From an uncultured Bacteroidota bacterium (lineage in GTDB: Bacteria; Bacteroidota; Bacteroidia; Flavobacteriales; BACL11): a stretch of DNA of 64,000 nucleotides. Where the stretch lies: assembly GCA_902587125.1 (NCBI GenBank), contig CACIJW010000006.1:4529-68528 (forward strand), in the 5' to 3' direction. Shown in pieces: positions 19,320-30,254 of this stretch (within the stretch, counting starts at the first letter, position 1; each line of letters starts with the position of its first letter). The notes under the pieces were generated by a model. That model searched no databases. It was given only the letters and a program-made list of their open reading frames with translations, and was not told the origin of the DNA. A program made the position numbers and the translations under genes.

Positions 19320-20156
19320 ATGAAGCTTCCAAATCTAATTGTTGGAGGAGCTCCAAAATCAGGCACTAGCTCACTATATTTTTGGCTTAGCGAACACCCT
19401 AATATTTTTGCATCAAAAGTTAAAGAGACCTTTTTTTTTAACGATAAAATAAACAAGTTTAATATAAATTGTAACTGTATTGAACATGACATTCATCAAT
19501 ACTCTAAATTTTTTGCAGGAGCAAAAAACGAGAGAATCATATTTGAGGCCACTGCTGCATATATCTACTCAAAAAATGCACTGAAAAATTTGAGTGATTT
19601 TGATGACCCTCCAAAAATTATTTTTTTGCTTAGAGAACCATCACAGCAGATTTACAGTCACTACAAAATGGAAAATTTCAGAACCAAAAGAGTAAATGAA
19701 AGCTTCTCTGAGTATTCAAAAAGAGAAATAATTATTAATCGAGCAAACTACTATCAATACCTTAAAAATTGGTACGATCTTTACCCTAACGAAAAAATTA
19801 AGTTAATTCTCTTTGAAGATTTAATTAAAAATAAAAAAGAGGTTTTATTTGATATCTGTGATTTTTTAGAAATTGATAAAAAACATTTCGAAAACTTTGA
19901 CTTTCAACACAGAAATAAATCAATTAAAATTAAAAGCAAAAAACTACATAATATATCACAAAAGATTCAGCCATATATTCCTCACGCAGTTCAAAAACTA
20001 ATCTTGCCCATGTATCTTAAGCTTAACAGTAGTGATAATATAAATTTAGTTGATACAGATATAAAGATTTTGAAAGACTTAAAACACAAATTTATTTTTT
20101 TAAAAAGTGAGTTGTCAAATTTAGACTCTTCTCTTAATTTTAAATACTGGGAATAA
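19320..20156 (+). CDS. Sulfotransferase family protein
   Basis: GAPKSGTSSL (5'-PSB loop), KETFFF and LLREP (3'-PB) motifs. Confidence 0.88.
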   Translation: MKLPNLIVGGAPKSGTSSLYFWLSEHPNIFASKVKETFFFNDKINKFNINCNCIEHDIHQYSKFFAGAKNERIIFEATAAYIYSKNALKNLSDFDDPPKIIFLLREPSQQIYSHYKMENFRTKRVNESFSEYSKREIIINRANYYQYLKNWYDLYPNEKIKLILFEDLIKNKKEVLFDICDFLEIDKKHFENFDFQHRNKSIKIKSKKLHNISQKIQPYIPHAVQKLILPMYLKLNSSDNINLVDTDIKILKDLKHKFIFLKSELSNLDSSLNFKYWE

Positions 20157-20778
20157 ATTTAGTTACTCCATTTTCATGATCTTGGAAAATAATGTTTTTA
20201 ATCAACTCAAAATGCTTAGAATTATTTTTAAAATCTAAGTTGGTAACATCAATTAGTATTACAGGAAACTCAGTTCTTTTGCTTATGTAATCTAAGTAAG
20301 TGTCATTTAACTTTTTTAAATATTCTGACTGAATATTATTTTCATATTCTCTGCCTCTTTTTGTTATTTTATTTTGCAAAGAACTTAGATCAGAATGCAG
20401 ATAAATTAAGATTTCAGGATTTTTAACTGATTTTTTCATCAAAGAGAAAATTTTGTTAAAGATGTTGAGTTCATAATCTTGTAAAGTATTAACAGCAAAG
20501 AGCTTGGACTTATCAAAAATAAAATCTGAAACAGTACCTGAAAAGAACATGTCTTCACTGTTCAATTTTAACAACTCATATCTTTCAGCCAAAAAAAATA
20601 GTTCAAGAGGTAGCGCATTCTTGTTTAAGTTTTCATAAAAATCTTTAAGAAATGGATTATTTTCAAAAGTCTCAAGTATTAGTTTATATCCTAAATCATT
20701 TGACAATAACTTAGCCAATGTTGTTTTTCCTACGCCAATATTTCCTTCTATTGATATTGATTTAAAATTCATATTCAA
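20140..20778 (-). CDS. Deoxynucleoside kinase
   Basis: ISIEGNIGVGKTT, NPFLKDFY and KRGREYE lid motifs. Confidence 0.9.
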   Translation of the reverse strand: MNMNFKSISIEGNIGVGKTTLAKLLSNDLGYKLILETFENNPFLKDFYENLNKNALPLELFFLAERYELLKLNSEDMFFSGTVSDFIFDKSKLFAVNTLQDYELNIFNKIFSLMKKSVKNPEILIYLHSDLSSLQNKITKRGREYENNIQSEYLKKLNDTYLDYISKRTEFPVILIDVTNLDFKNNSKHFELIKNIIFQDHENGVTKFIPSI

Positions 20779-21241
20779 AAACTTTGCTGTCGTCTTTACA
20801 CTCTTTAATTAACTGTTTGATATTTTTTTTTGATTCAGGGTGAATAAAAAAAGGAGCTATGTCTGCCAAAGGCCTTAACACAAACATTCTTTGATCAAGG
20901 TGTTTATGTGGTATTATTAGTTCTTTTGTTTTGATAATTTGTTTGTCAAAAAATAATATATCTATATCAATAGTTCTTGAATCCCACTTCTTTTTTCTGA
21001 TTCTACCCATATCATTTTCTATTATTGATATAATTTTTAAAACTTTGTTAGGATTATAAATTGATTTTATTGCAACTACCATATTAAAATAATCTCTTTG
21101 ATTTTTGACCCCCCAACATTCGCTAACATATATTTTTGATTTGTTGATGATTTTTCCAATTAATAACTCAATGTTTTTTATACATGTCATCAAATTAGAA
21201 AACCTATCACCAATGTTTGAGCCAATTTGTAAAAAAATCAT
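20762..21241 (-). CDS. folK: 2-amino-4-hydroxy-6-hydroxymethyldihydropteridine pyrophosphokinase
   Basis: IGSNIG, MGR...KWDSRTIDIDIL and IPH...RMFVL.P motifs. Confidence 0.93.
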   Translation of the reverse strand: MIFLQIGSNIGDRFSNLMTCIKNIELLIGKIINKSKIYVSECWGVKNQRDYFNMVVAIKSIYNPNKVLKIISIIENDMGRIRKKKWDSRTIDIDILFFDKQIIKTKELIIPHKHLDQRMFVLRPLADIAPFFIHPESKKNIKQLIKECKDDSKVFEYEF

Positions 21242-21294
21242 AGCATTTTTATAAAAGAAATATTCATAAATTTACATCAAAATCTTATAAGCTT

Positions 21295-23034
21295 GTGAAC
21301 TTTATTAAAAAAATTTTTTCTAATATTTTGTCTACTATTATTAGTACAATAATACTTTTTGTTATTCTGTTAATTTTCTTTTCGACCTTAGGTAATTATA
21401 TGAACAAAAAAGACCGCATATCAGTAGAAGAGAATACCGTATTAAAAATTGATTTATCAACACCAGTCGTAGAGCGCTCAGCTGATAACCCTATTGAGTT
21501 TATAAACAATTCGGGAGATAATCCTATAGAACTAAAGGACGTTCTTATGTCTATTGAAAAAGCAAAAAATGATGACAGGATAAAATTAATTTACTTAAAT
21601 TTTAGTGAAGTAAATGCAGGTCTTTCCTGTATTGAAGAAATAAGAACAAAGCTAATAGACTTCAAAACAAGCGGTAAGCAAATCATTGCATATTCTAATT
21701 ATTATAGTCAGTATTCCTATTTATTGTGTTCTATTGCAGATAAAATTTATCTTAACCCAAATGGATTTATTGACTTAAAAGGAATATCAGCAAGTGTAGT
21801 TTTTTTCAAAAACTTACTTGCAAAAATTGGAATTGAAACCCAAATAATAAGAAAAGGTCAGTTTAAAAGTGCTGTAGAGCCTTTTACCGAAACAAAGATG
21901 AGTAAGTCTAGTAGACTACAAACTAAGCTATTGATAGAGGATATTTCAGAATTTATGACAAATTGTATTAGTGAGGAAAGAAATATTGAAGTATCAAAAA
22001 TTAACAATGATATCAATGAACTAAGATTAAATTCTGCAGCAGCATGTAAAAAGCTTAATTATATTGATGATATTTTATATGAGGATCAATTGAAAGACTC
22101 ACTAAAACTTTTTAGTAGCTCCACAAAAATAAAAACAATTAATCTAAAGAACTATGTAAATGTAAAATTGAACAACAAACAAAAAATCAGCAGGAACAAA
22201 ATTGCGGTTATTTACGCCAATGGAACAATTTCTAATAACAAAGGTTCAATAAATGAGATTGGTACACAAACAATTACAAAATCATTAATTCAAGCTAGAG
22301 AGGACAAAAACGTCAAAGCAATTGTACTAAGAGTTAATTCACCAGGCGGAAGTGCAATGACATCAGACTTAATTTGGAGAGAAACAATAATTACAAAAAA
22401 AGAAAAACCAATAATTGTTTCAATGGGAGATTATGCGGCATCAGGAGGCTACTATATTGCCTGTGCAGCTGATAGTATTTTTTCAAATAAAACAACTGTA
22501 ACAGGTTCGATTGGTGTTTTTGGTATTATTCCCAATTTTAAAAAATTATATAATGAAAAATTATCTGTTTTTTTTGATACGGTTAATACTCACAAATACT
22601 CAGACATGGGATCTAATAGAGGGTTAACCAACTTTGAGATTGATAAAATAAGAGAAAACATAAATCAAATTTATAGTGACTTTATAAATAAAGTTGCAGA
22701 TGGAAGAAATATGGATACACTATATGTAGATAGTATTGGTCAAGGAAGAGTGTGGAGTGGAACAAAAGCCAAAGAAATAGGACTTATTGACACTCATGGA
22801 GGTCTTTTTGATGCTATTGATGCTGCTAAATTAATTGCTAATATTGATGACTACAGGTTAATAGAACTACCAAAGAAAAAAGACCCATTCGAAGATATCT
22901 TTTCAAAAATTAATTCAAGCACAAAATTTCTAAATTTAATAGATAATTATAATTTTAAAAATCTAGAAGAATCACTAGAACTTGAAAGAGATATTTTGCA
23001 AATGCACATGGACAACTTAATTTTTTTTAATTGA
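21295..23034 (+). CDS. sppA: Signal peptide peptidase SppA (long form)
   Basis: FKSAVEPF, RVNSPGGS, AASGGYY, TGSIGV and GRVWSG motifs. Confidence 0.95.
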   Translation: MNFIKKIFSNILSTIISTIILFVILLIFFSTLGNYMNKKDRISVEENTVLKIDLSTPVVERSADNPIEFINNSGDNPIELKDVLMSIEKAKNDDRIKLIYLNFSEVNAGLSCIEEIRTKLIDFKTSGKQIIAYSNYYSQYSYLLCSIADKIYLNPNGFIDLKGISASVVFFKNLLAKIGIETQIIRKGQFKSAVEPFTETKMSKSSRLQTKLLIEDISEFMTNCISEERNIEVSKINNDINELRLNSAAACKKLNYIDDILYEDQLKDSLKLFSSSTKIKTINLKNYVNVKLNNKQKISRNKIAVIYANGTISNNKGSINEIGTQTITKSLIQAREDKNVKAIVLRVNSPGGSAMTSDLIWRETIITKKEKPIIVSMGDYAASGGYYIACAADSIFSNKTTVTGSIGVFGIIPNFKKLYNEKLSVFFDTVNTHKYSDMGSNRGLTNFEIDKIRENINQIYSDFINKVADGRNMDTLYVDSIGQGRVWSGTKAKEIGLIDTHGGLFDAIDAAKLIANIDDYRLIELPKKKDPFEDIFSKINSSTKFLNLIDNYNFKNLEESLELERDILQMHMDNLIFFN

Positions 23035-23050
23035 ACAATGTTTTAATTTT

Positions 23051-23833
23051 TTACTTAGAAGTATTAAAATCAACAATATATCCTTCATGTGATCTTACAT
23101 TAAATACCTCTCCACCATCGAAGATCAAGTATTGTCCCTTAATTCCTGACAACTTACCAGAAATTAAATTATTTTTTTCTAGCTTTAAGCTTTTAATCTT
23201 TGTAGGATATTTTTCTACTGGATAATTAATAATATTTACTGTATCATCATCATGTACATATTTTCTAAGATCATCTGACAATAGTATAGATAGTTTATTT
23301 TTCCAATCTACTAAATTAACATCATCGGGATTGCCTGAAAGCATTTTCCTCCAATTTGTTTTATCACTAATTTCAGACTTCAAGATAACCTCTATCTCAC
23401 CTGACAATCTTCTGTTTGGTACTTCAGCAAAAATTATCGCCTGTGATGCTCCTTGATCCATCCATCTAGTAAAGATTTGTGATTTTCTTGTTATTCCTAC
23501 TTTTATACCTGTTGAATTTGCCAAATACACATAATGGGGCACCAATTGAAATTTTTTTTCCCATTCTAAATCTCTCTCTTCAATTCCTAAATGAGCAGTG
23601 CATAATTCAGGCTTAAAAACACTTTGTGATGCTTGAGGTAATGTCCAATAACAGTTATAACAAAAGTTTTGTCTGTAAAAACTTTTACATAATTTATCAC
23701 AAAAACATTTCATTTTTCCTGTCCAAAAAATCTCAATGTCATGTCCTATTAAATCATTCATTGAAATATCACAGAGATTGTAATTAACTTGACTTAAGTT
23801 TTCGGTTTTCATTTTTTTAATTACAAATTGCAT
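23051..23833 (-). CDS. DUF2797-like protein
   Basis: PHYVYLANS..IKVGITR, RWMDQGA, DKTNWRKML and GIKGQYL; Cys pairs. Start moved to MQFVIKKMKTE. Confidence 0.8.
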   Translation of the reverse strand: MQFVIKKMKTENLSQVNYNLCDISMNDLIGHDIEIFWTGKMKCFCDKLCKSFYRQNFCYNCYWTLPQASQSVFKPELCTAHLGIEERDLEWEKKFQLVPHYVYLANSTGIKVGITRKSQIFTRWMDQGASQAIIFAEVPNRRLSGEIEVILKSEISDKTNWRKMLSGNPDDVNLVDWKNKLSILLSDDLRKYVHDDDTVNIINYPVEKYPTKIKSLKLEKNNLISGKLSGIKGQYLIFDGGEVFNVRSHEGYIVDFNTSK

Positions 23834-23866
23834 GCTATTTTTGTATTTCAAACTAAAAATATAAAA

Positions 23867-25369
23867 TTGATTAATATTTCTATAAAAAATTCTCTTTTAT
23901 CTTGGATTGTTAAAAAAAGAATTTATCAAATTGATCAATTTATTTTACATCCGAAAAAAACTCAAGAAGAAGTCTTAAGTTCTTTAATATATAAATCAAA
24001 GGGTACTTTTTTTGGAATTGAACATAATTTTAATAAAATAAAAAGTTATTCTGATTTTTCAAATCATGTTCCAATAAGAAAATATGAAGAGATATTTAAT
24101 TACATCAAACTGACCAGAAAAGGGAAAAAAGATATTCTATGGCCAGGTAAAATTAAATGGTACGCTATTTCTTCAGGTACTACAAACTCAAATAGAAAAT
24201 ATATTCCAATGACAAAAGCTTCAATAATGGACTGCCATTTGAATGCAGGCAAGGATATGCTTTCAATGTACTGTAATAACTTTTCTTCAACTAATGTGTT
24301 TAATGGGAAAGGAATAATGCTAGGTGGTAGTCAAAATGTTAAAAATGATTTTGTGGAGGGAGATTTATCTGCAATTCTTCTTGAAAATTTACCATTTTGG
24401 GTAAGCATACATAGCTCTACTGATGTTGAAACATTATTAATTGATGATTGGGAGGACAAGCTAAAGAAAATAGCGGATAATGCAGTTCGAGAAAATATCA
24501 CTAATCTTACCGGAGTGCCTTCATGGATGTTGGTATTGTTAAAAAAAATAAAGGAGATGAGTGGCGTTAATGATTTAACTGAGATTTGGCCAAATCTTGA
24601 ACTATTCATGCATGGTGGAATAAGTTTTTCACCATATAAGAAACAATTTTATGATTTATATCCATCATCTAAATTGAATTATTTGGAAATCTACAACGCA
24701 TCTGAAGGATTTTTTGGAATTAAAAATGATTTTGAGAAAGAAGACTTGTTACTTATGCTTGATTATGGTATTTTCTACGAATTCATAAAGAAGTCAGATT
24801 TTATAAATGAAATATATAATGCTATTCCGTTGTGGGAAGTTGAGAAAAATATGGAATATGCTATGATAATTTCAACAAATTCTGGTCTATGGAGATATTT
24901 AATTGGCGACACTGTAATCTTTACTAATACGAATCCGTTCAAAATTAAAATTAGTGGGCGAATTAAATCGTACATTAATTCATTTGGAGAAGAACTAGTA
25001 GTCGATAATGCAGAAAAGGGTATAGCAGAAACATGTGAGATTCTTAATTGTAAGGTTAATAATTACACTGCAGGACCAAAATTTCTACAGAACGGAACTG
25101 GACAACACCTCTGGCTTATTGAATTTGAAAATAAAAACACAAACACTTTAGATTTTGAAAAGGCTTTAGATACTAGGCTTAGACAGCTTAATAATGATTA
25201 CAATGCTAAAAGATTTAAAAACCTTGTACTTAAAAACCTTAAAATTATATCACTTGAAAAAGGAACTTTCTATAAATGGTTAAAAAAGAATAATAAATTA
25301 GGCGGTCAACATAAGATACCAAGACTAAGAAATGATGATAAACTAATAAAAGAACTACTAAATATTTAG
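23867..25369 (+). CDS. GH3 (auxin-responsive) family adenylating enzyme
   Basis: SSGTT, YNASEG, GLWRYLIGD and GGQHKIPRL motifs. Probable TTG start at 23867, downstream of TATTTTTG (23836-23843). Confidence 0.88.
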   Translation: MINISIKNSLLSWIVKKRIYQIDQFILHPKKTQEEVLSSLIYKSKGTFFGIEHNFNKIKSYSDFSNHVPIRKYEEIFNYIKLTRKGKKDILWPGKIKWYAISSGTTNSNRKYIPMTKASIMDCHLNAGKDMLSMYCNNFSSTNVFNGKGIMLGGSQNVKNDFVEGDLSAILLENLPFWVSIHSSTDVETLLIDDWEDKLKKIADNAVRENITNLTGVPSWMLVLLKKIKEMSGVNDLTEIWPNLELFMHGGISFSPYKKQFYDLYPSSKLNYLEIYNASEGFFGIKNDFEKEDLLLMLDYGIFYEFIKKSDFINEIYNAIPLWEVEKNMEYAMIISTNSGLWRYLIGDTVIFTNTNPFKIKISGRIKSYINSFGEELVVDNAEKGIAETCEILNCKVNNYTAGPKFLQNGTGQHLWLIEFENKNTNTLDFEKALDTRLRQLNNDYNAKRFKNLVLKNLKIISLEKGTFYKWLKKNNKLGGQHKIPRLRNDDKLIKELLNI

Positions 25370-25420
25370 TCTCAACTAATAAATAATTAATTATGTTTTT
25401 TATTTTCGAAGAAAAAAAAA

Positions 25421-26035
25421 ATGCACTTAGCAATTTCAGGAAACATAGGATCAGGTAAAACAACTTTAACAAAAAAACTTTCTGAGCATTACAAATGGAT
25501 AGCAAACTATGAGGACGTAGAAAACAACCCTTACTTGAATGATTTTTACAAGGATATGCAACGCTGGTCATTCAATTTACAGGTTTATTTTCTAAATAGC
25601 AGATTTCGTCAAGTCATAGATATAAAAAATAGTAAAAAAACGCATATACAAGACAGAACTATTTATGAAGACGCACATATATTTGCCCCTAATCTGCATA
25701 CAATGGGCTTAATGAGTACAAGAGACTTTAACAATTATCAAGAAATTTTTAATCTCATGGACGAGTTCGTTAAAGGACCTGACCTTTTAATATATTTAAG
25801 AGCATCTGTCTCAACACTTGTTGAACAAATACAAAAAAGAGGAAGAGAATATGAAAACAGTATCAGACTTGATTATCTTACAAGATTAAACGAAAGATAT
25901 GAAGCATGGATTTCCGAGTACAACAAAGGAAACCTGTTAATCATAGATGTAGACGATATTAACTTTTCTGAAAACGAAGAAGACTTTGGTAACATCATTG
26001 AAAAAATTGATGCAGAAATTAATGGATTATTCTAA
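25421..26035 (+). CDS. Deoxynucleoside kinase (dAK/dGK/dCK family)
   Basis: [19 protein letters not shown] and KRGREYE motifs. Confidence 0.92.
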   Translation: MHLAISGNIGSGKTTLTKKLSEHYKWIANYEDVENNPYLNDFYKDMQRWSFNLQVYFLNSRFRQVIDIKNSKKTHIQDRTIYEDAHIFAPNLHTMGLMSTRDFNNYQEIFNLMDEFVKGPDLLIYLRASVSTLVEQIQKRGREYENSIRLDYLTRLNERYEAWISEYNKGNLLIIDVDDINFSENEEDFGNIIEKIDAEINGLF

Positions 26036-28440
26036 TATTTAGCCTTTTCCTTAGCTCTTATATTAAGAGATTCCAATCCAGTTAAGAGTTTATTTTGTGA
26101 ATGATTTGCAACAATCAGGTGCTTAAAAGAATCATTTTCTTCATTAGAAAGCATAATGTATTTTACATCACACATATCAGATTTAGATTGATTATTAAAA
26201 AGGAGATCTGATGATACAGTTTGATGAGCATATGTCATACTCATATCGTCAACAAAAATATTGTTAAGTGGCTCAATTTCGCTATCAGATGAAATAGTTT
26301 TCATTGAAATTGAAGGTGCTATTACAAGTGCAACAACTGACATCAACTTTAGTAAAATATTTAAAGATGGTCCGGAGGTATCCTTAAATGGATCACCAAC
26401 AGTATCACCAACAACAGCTGCCTTGTGAGCTTCAGTTCCTTTTTTTCCCTGCTCTTCTATCATTTTTTTTGCATTATCCCATGCTCCACCAGCATTAGAT
26501 TGAAAAATTGCCATTAGCACACCACATGTTGTAACTCCTGCTAATAAACCACCAAGCATTTCTGCTCCACCAAAAAAGCCAATTAAAACAGGAACTATTA
26601 TGGCTAGTAAGCCTGGAGTGACCATTTCTTTGATTGACGCTTGAGTTGAAATTTCAACACATTTGTCATATTCAGCAACTCCAATTGCAGCATCAAAAAT
26701 TTTCTTATCAGCTGCACTAGCTTTTGACATATCTGAATTATTTTTTTTCATTACTTCTAAGGCGGCTTTTAAAGCTGGTATGTCTTTAAACTGTCTTCTA
26801 ACTTCTTCAATCATTGACATAGCTGCTCTTCCAACAGCGTTCATAGAAAGAGCTGAAAAAACAAAAGGTAGCATACCTCCAACAAGTAGACCTGCCATAA
26901 TATCAGGCTTAGATACATCAATTGTTTCGACACCAGCTGTTTTCATAAACGCAGCAAAAAGAGCCAAAGCAGTCAAAGCCGCAGATGCTATCGCAAAACC
27001 TTTTCCTATTGCAGCTGTTGTATTACCTACTGCATCAAGCTTATCTGTTCTTTCTCTTACCTCGGCTGGAAGCTCAGACATTTCAGCGATTCCTCCTGCG
27101 TTATCTGAAATTGGTCCATATGCATCAACTGCTAATTGTATTCCAGTGTTAGCTAACATACCCACGGCAGCTATAGCAATTCCATATAAGCCAGCAAAGC
27201 TATGTGAAACAATGATAGCAGTTGCTATAATTATTATGGGTAATGCTGTAGACATCATTCCAACTCCTAAGCCTGCAATTATGTTTGTTGCTGAACCAGT
27301 TTCTGATTGTTCAACAATAGATGAGACTGGCTTTGTTCCTGTTCCAGTATAATATTCTGTTATCTTTCCAACTAGAAGACCTGCAATTAGTCCAGAAATA
27401 GTGGCCCAAAAAACTCCTATTGAGGAATAACTTTGACCTCCTTCACTCCAATTTTCAGGTAATAATCCTTGTATTAAAAAGTAGGATGCTACTAACATGA
27501 GTCCTGCAGATCCAAATTCACCAATATTCAGCGCTTTGTGTGGAGATCCTCCCTCTTTTACTTTCACAAAAAATGTACCTAAGATTGACATAATAATACC
27601 AACCGCAGCTAAAGCCATTGGTAAATAAACTGCTCCTAGACCATTGTATGAGCTAGAAAATTCAGGTAAATTAACAAATACTGCTCCCAAAACCATTGTG
27701 CCAATAATTGAGCCAACATATGACTCAAATAAATCAGCTCCCATTCCAGCCACATCTCCTACATTATCACCTACATTATCAGCAATTGTAGCGGGGTTAA
27801 GTGGGTGATCCTCAGGAATTCCTGCTTCAACTTTACCTACAAGGTCTGCCCCTACATCAGCGGCTTTGGTATATATACCACCTCCAACTCTAGCAAAAAG
27901 TGCTATTGAGGATGCTCCTAATGAAAACCCAGATAAAACGTTTAATACCATTTCAATGTTTGTTCCCCATTGCATACTACTATATATCATAAATAAGCTA
28001 CTCAAGCCAAGAACACCAAGACCTACAACTCCAAGTCCCATAACAGAGCCTCCTGCAAATGCAACCTCAAGAGCTTTCGCTAATGAGCTTCTTGCAGCAT
28101 TGGTAGTTCTAACATTAGCCTTTGTAGCAACTTTCATTCCAATAAATCCAGCCAGTGCAGAACAAATTGCCCCAACTACGAAGGAGACTGCTACCATTCC
28201 ATTAGACCCTTCTTCAGAATTTCCTTTGAATACTAATAACACCGCAACGGCAATAACAAAAACTGATAAAATTTTGTATTCAGCTTTTAAAAATGACATT
28301 GCTCCCTCAGCAATGTTTTTTGCAATATTTGACATTTTTTCATCTCCGACAGGCTGCTTAGAAACCCATGAGTTTTTCCAAAAAACAAAAACAAGTGCAA
28401 CCAAACCAAATGCTGGTAAAAAACTAATTATAAACTCCAT
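26032..28440 (-). CDS. hppA: Membrane-bound K+-dependent pyrophosphatase, probably Na+-translocating
   Basis: [31 protein letters not shown] and [10 protein letters not shown] motifs; start moved to MEFIISF. Confidence 0.95.
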   Translation of the reverse strand: MEFIISFLPAFGLVALVFVFWKNSWVSKQPVGDEKMSNIAKNIAEGAMSFLKAEYKILSVFVIAVAVLLVFKGNSEEGSNGMVAVSFVVGAICSALAGFIGMKVATKANVRTTNAARSSLAKALEVAFAGGSVMGLGVVGLGVLGLSSLFMIYSSMQWGTNIEMVLNVLSGFSLGASSIALFARVGGGIYTKAADVGADLVGKVEAGIPEDHPLNPATIADNVGDNVGDVAGMGADLFESYVGSIIGTMVLGAVFVNLPEFSSSYNGLGAVYLPMALAAVGIIMSILGTFFVKVKEGGSPHKALNIGEFGSAGLMLVASYFLIQGLLPENWSEGGQSYSSIGVFWATISGLIAGLLVGKITEYYTGTGTKPVSSIVEQSETGSATNIIAGLGVGMMSTALPIIIIATAIIVSHSFAGLYGIAIAAVGMLANTGIQLAVDAYGPISDNAGGIAEMSELPAEVRERTDKLDAVGNTTAAIGKGFAIASAALTALALFAAFMKTAGVETIDVSKPDIMAGLLVGGMLPFVFSALSMNAVGRAAMSMIEEVRRQFKDIPALKAALEVMKKNNSDMSKASAADKKIFDAAIGVAEYDKCVEISTQASIKEMVTPGLLAIIVPVLIGFFGGAEMLGGLLAGVTTCGVLMAIFQSNAGGAWDNAKKMIEEQGKKGTEAHKAAVVGDTVGDPFKDTSGPSLNILLKLMSVVALVIAPSISMKTISSDSEIEPLNNIFVDDMSMTYAHQTVSSDLLFNNQSKSDMCDVKYIMLSNEENDSFKHLIVANHSQNKLLTGLESLNIRAKEKAKY

Positions 28441-28555
28441 GATATATTTTTTAAATTTTCGCAAAAATAGAACTTTTTGATAAATAAATCATTAAGGTCA
28501 ATTTTATATTATTTTTAACGCGGTAATTTGTTAAATTTGTTAAAACTATTTAACA

Positions 28556-29299
28556 ATGAAAATAGCAGTATGCATAAGTTGTGTTCCTGACACAACATCA
28601 AAAATAAATTTTACTGAAAATAACACTGAGTTCAACAAAGAAGGTATTCAATTCATTATTAATCCCAATGATGAATTTGGGTTAACCAAGGCAATTTTTA
28701 TTAAAGAAAAAAATCAAGCTGAGGTAATTGTAGTATCAGTAGGAGAGTCATCAATTGAACCAGTTCTTAGAAAAGCTCTAGCAATTGGAGCTGATTCTGC
28801 GGTTAGAATTGATAATAAAGCTAAGGACAGTATCTGTGTTGCAAAAAATCTATCTTCTTTTTTAGTAGAAAATAAGTTTGATCTCATAATTATGGGAAAA
28901 GAATCTGCTGACTATAATGGTGGTATTGTTCATGGAATTGTAGCAGAGAATATTGGAATGCAGTTTGTAAATGCTTGTGTTGGTCTAGAAATTTCTGATA
29001 ACTCATACATCATTGATAGAGAAATGGAAGGAGGTACAGAAAAGGTTAAAATAAAATCTCCTGTTATTATCGCTGGACAGAAAGGACTTGTAGAAGAAAA
29101 AGATCTAAAAATCCCAAACATGAGAGGTATAATGCAAGCAAGAACAAAACCACTAAATGTTTTAGAGTCCGAAAGCTTTGATTTTATTCAATCAATTGAG
29201 TTTAGTAAGCCTTCTGAGAACAAAGAATGCGTTTTTATCGATGAAGAAAATGTAGCTGAGTTAGTCAAAATTTTAAATGAAAAAGAAAAAGTGCTATAA
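28556..29299 (+). CDS. etfB: Electron transfer flavoprotein beta subunit
   Basis: VCISCVPD, INPNDE and ALAIGAD motifs; TAAATTTG at 28532-28539. Confidence 0.93.
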   Translation: MKIAVCISCVPDTTSKINFTENNTEFNKEGIQFIINPNDEFGLTKAIFIKEKNQAEVIVVSVGESSIEPVLRKALAIGADSAVRIDNKAKDSICVAKNLSSFLVENKFDLIIMGKESADYNGGIVHGIVAENIGMQFVNACVGLEISDNSYIIDREMEGGTEKVKIKSPVIIAGQKGLVEEKDLKIPNMRGIMQARTKPLNVLESESFDFIQSIEFSKPSENKECVFIDEENVAELVKILNEKEKVL

Positions 29300-30252
29300 T
29301 GAAAATGTTAGTATTCGCAGAAAATTGGGACGGAATTTTTAAAAAAAGTTCTTTTGAAGCAATATCATATTCAAGAGGATTAGCAGAACAAAACAATTAT
29401 GAACTTATTACACTTTGCTTCAATAATGTTTCTGAAGATGAACTTAATAAACTTTCTAAGTATGGTAGTTCAATGGTAATTACTACTAACCCCATTGACA
29501 AAGTAGATAGTATTTCAATGTCAAAAATGATTTCTGATTTAACAATTCAACATGATATTAAGTTATTTGTTTTTTCATCAACTTATTCCTCTAAAATGTT
29601 TGCTCCTCGTCTTTCAGCTAAGTTAAACTCATCAATTTTTACAAATGTTGTTGAATTACCCTCATCTGTAAATCCACTACAGCTAAAGAAAAAAGTATTC
29701 TCAAGTAAAGCTTTTGAAATTGCAAAGTCTAGTTCAGAGAAAAATATAATAATGTTACACCCAAACTCATATGGTGTCAAAGAATTCTCATCTGATCTGA
29801 AGTCATCTGAATTTACTGCTGAAAGTAATAGTGAAATTGAAATAATTAACATTGAAAAAAGTTCTGGTAAAGTAAATCTTTCTGAAGCTGAAATAGTTGT
29901 TTCTGCCGGAAGAGGAATGAAAGGGCCCGAAAATTGGGAGCTCATTGAAGAGTTAGCAAATTGTCTAAATGCTGCAACAGCATGTTCAAAACCTGTCTCA
30001 GATATTGGGTGGAGACCTCACAGCGAACATGTAGGACAAACTGGTAAAACAGTTGCTCCAAATCTTTATTTTGCAATAGGAATTTCAGGTGCAATACAAC
30101 ACTTAGCTGGCGTTAATTCTTCAAAAGTTATGGTCGCAATAAACACAGATCCTGAAGCCTCATTTTTTAAAGCTGCTCATTATGGAATCGTTGGAGATGC
30201 CTTTAACGTAGTCCCCAAATTGATTGAAGAAATAAAGAATATTAAAAATTAG
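29299..30252 (+). CDS. etfA: Electron transfer flavoprotein alpha subunit
   Basis: VVSAGRG, VGQTGK and GISGAIQHLAG motifs. Confidence 0.95.
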   Translation: MKMLVFAENWDGIFKKSSFEAISYSRGLAEQNNYELITLCFNNVSEDELNKLSKYGSSMVITTNPIDKVDSISMSKMISDLTIQHDIKLFVFSSTYSSKMFAPRLSAKLNSSIFTNVVELPSSVNPLQLKKKVFSSKAFEIAKSSSEKNIIMLHPNSYGVKEFSSDLKSSEFTAESNSEIEIINIEKSSGKVNLSEAEIVVSAGRGMKGPENWELIEELANCLNAATACSKPVSDIGWRPHSEHVGQTGKTVAPNLYFAIGISGAIQHLAGVNSSKVMVAINTDPEASFFKAAHYGIVGDAFNVVPKLIEEIKNIKN

Positions 30253-30254
30253 CT

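Noticed and set aside
26663-28480. Long plus-strand ORFs of 229 and 204 aa
   Set aside because: They are antisense shadows of hppA, rich in Ala/Pro/Thr/Ile as expected from its reverse complement, with no motifs.
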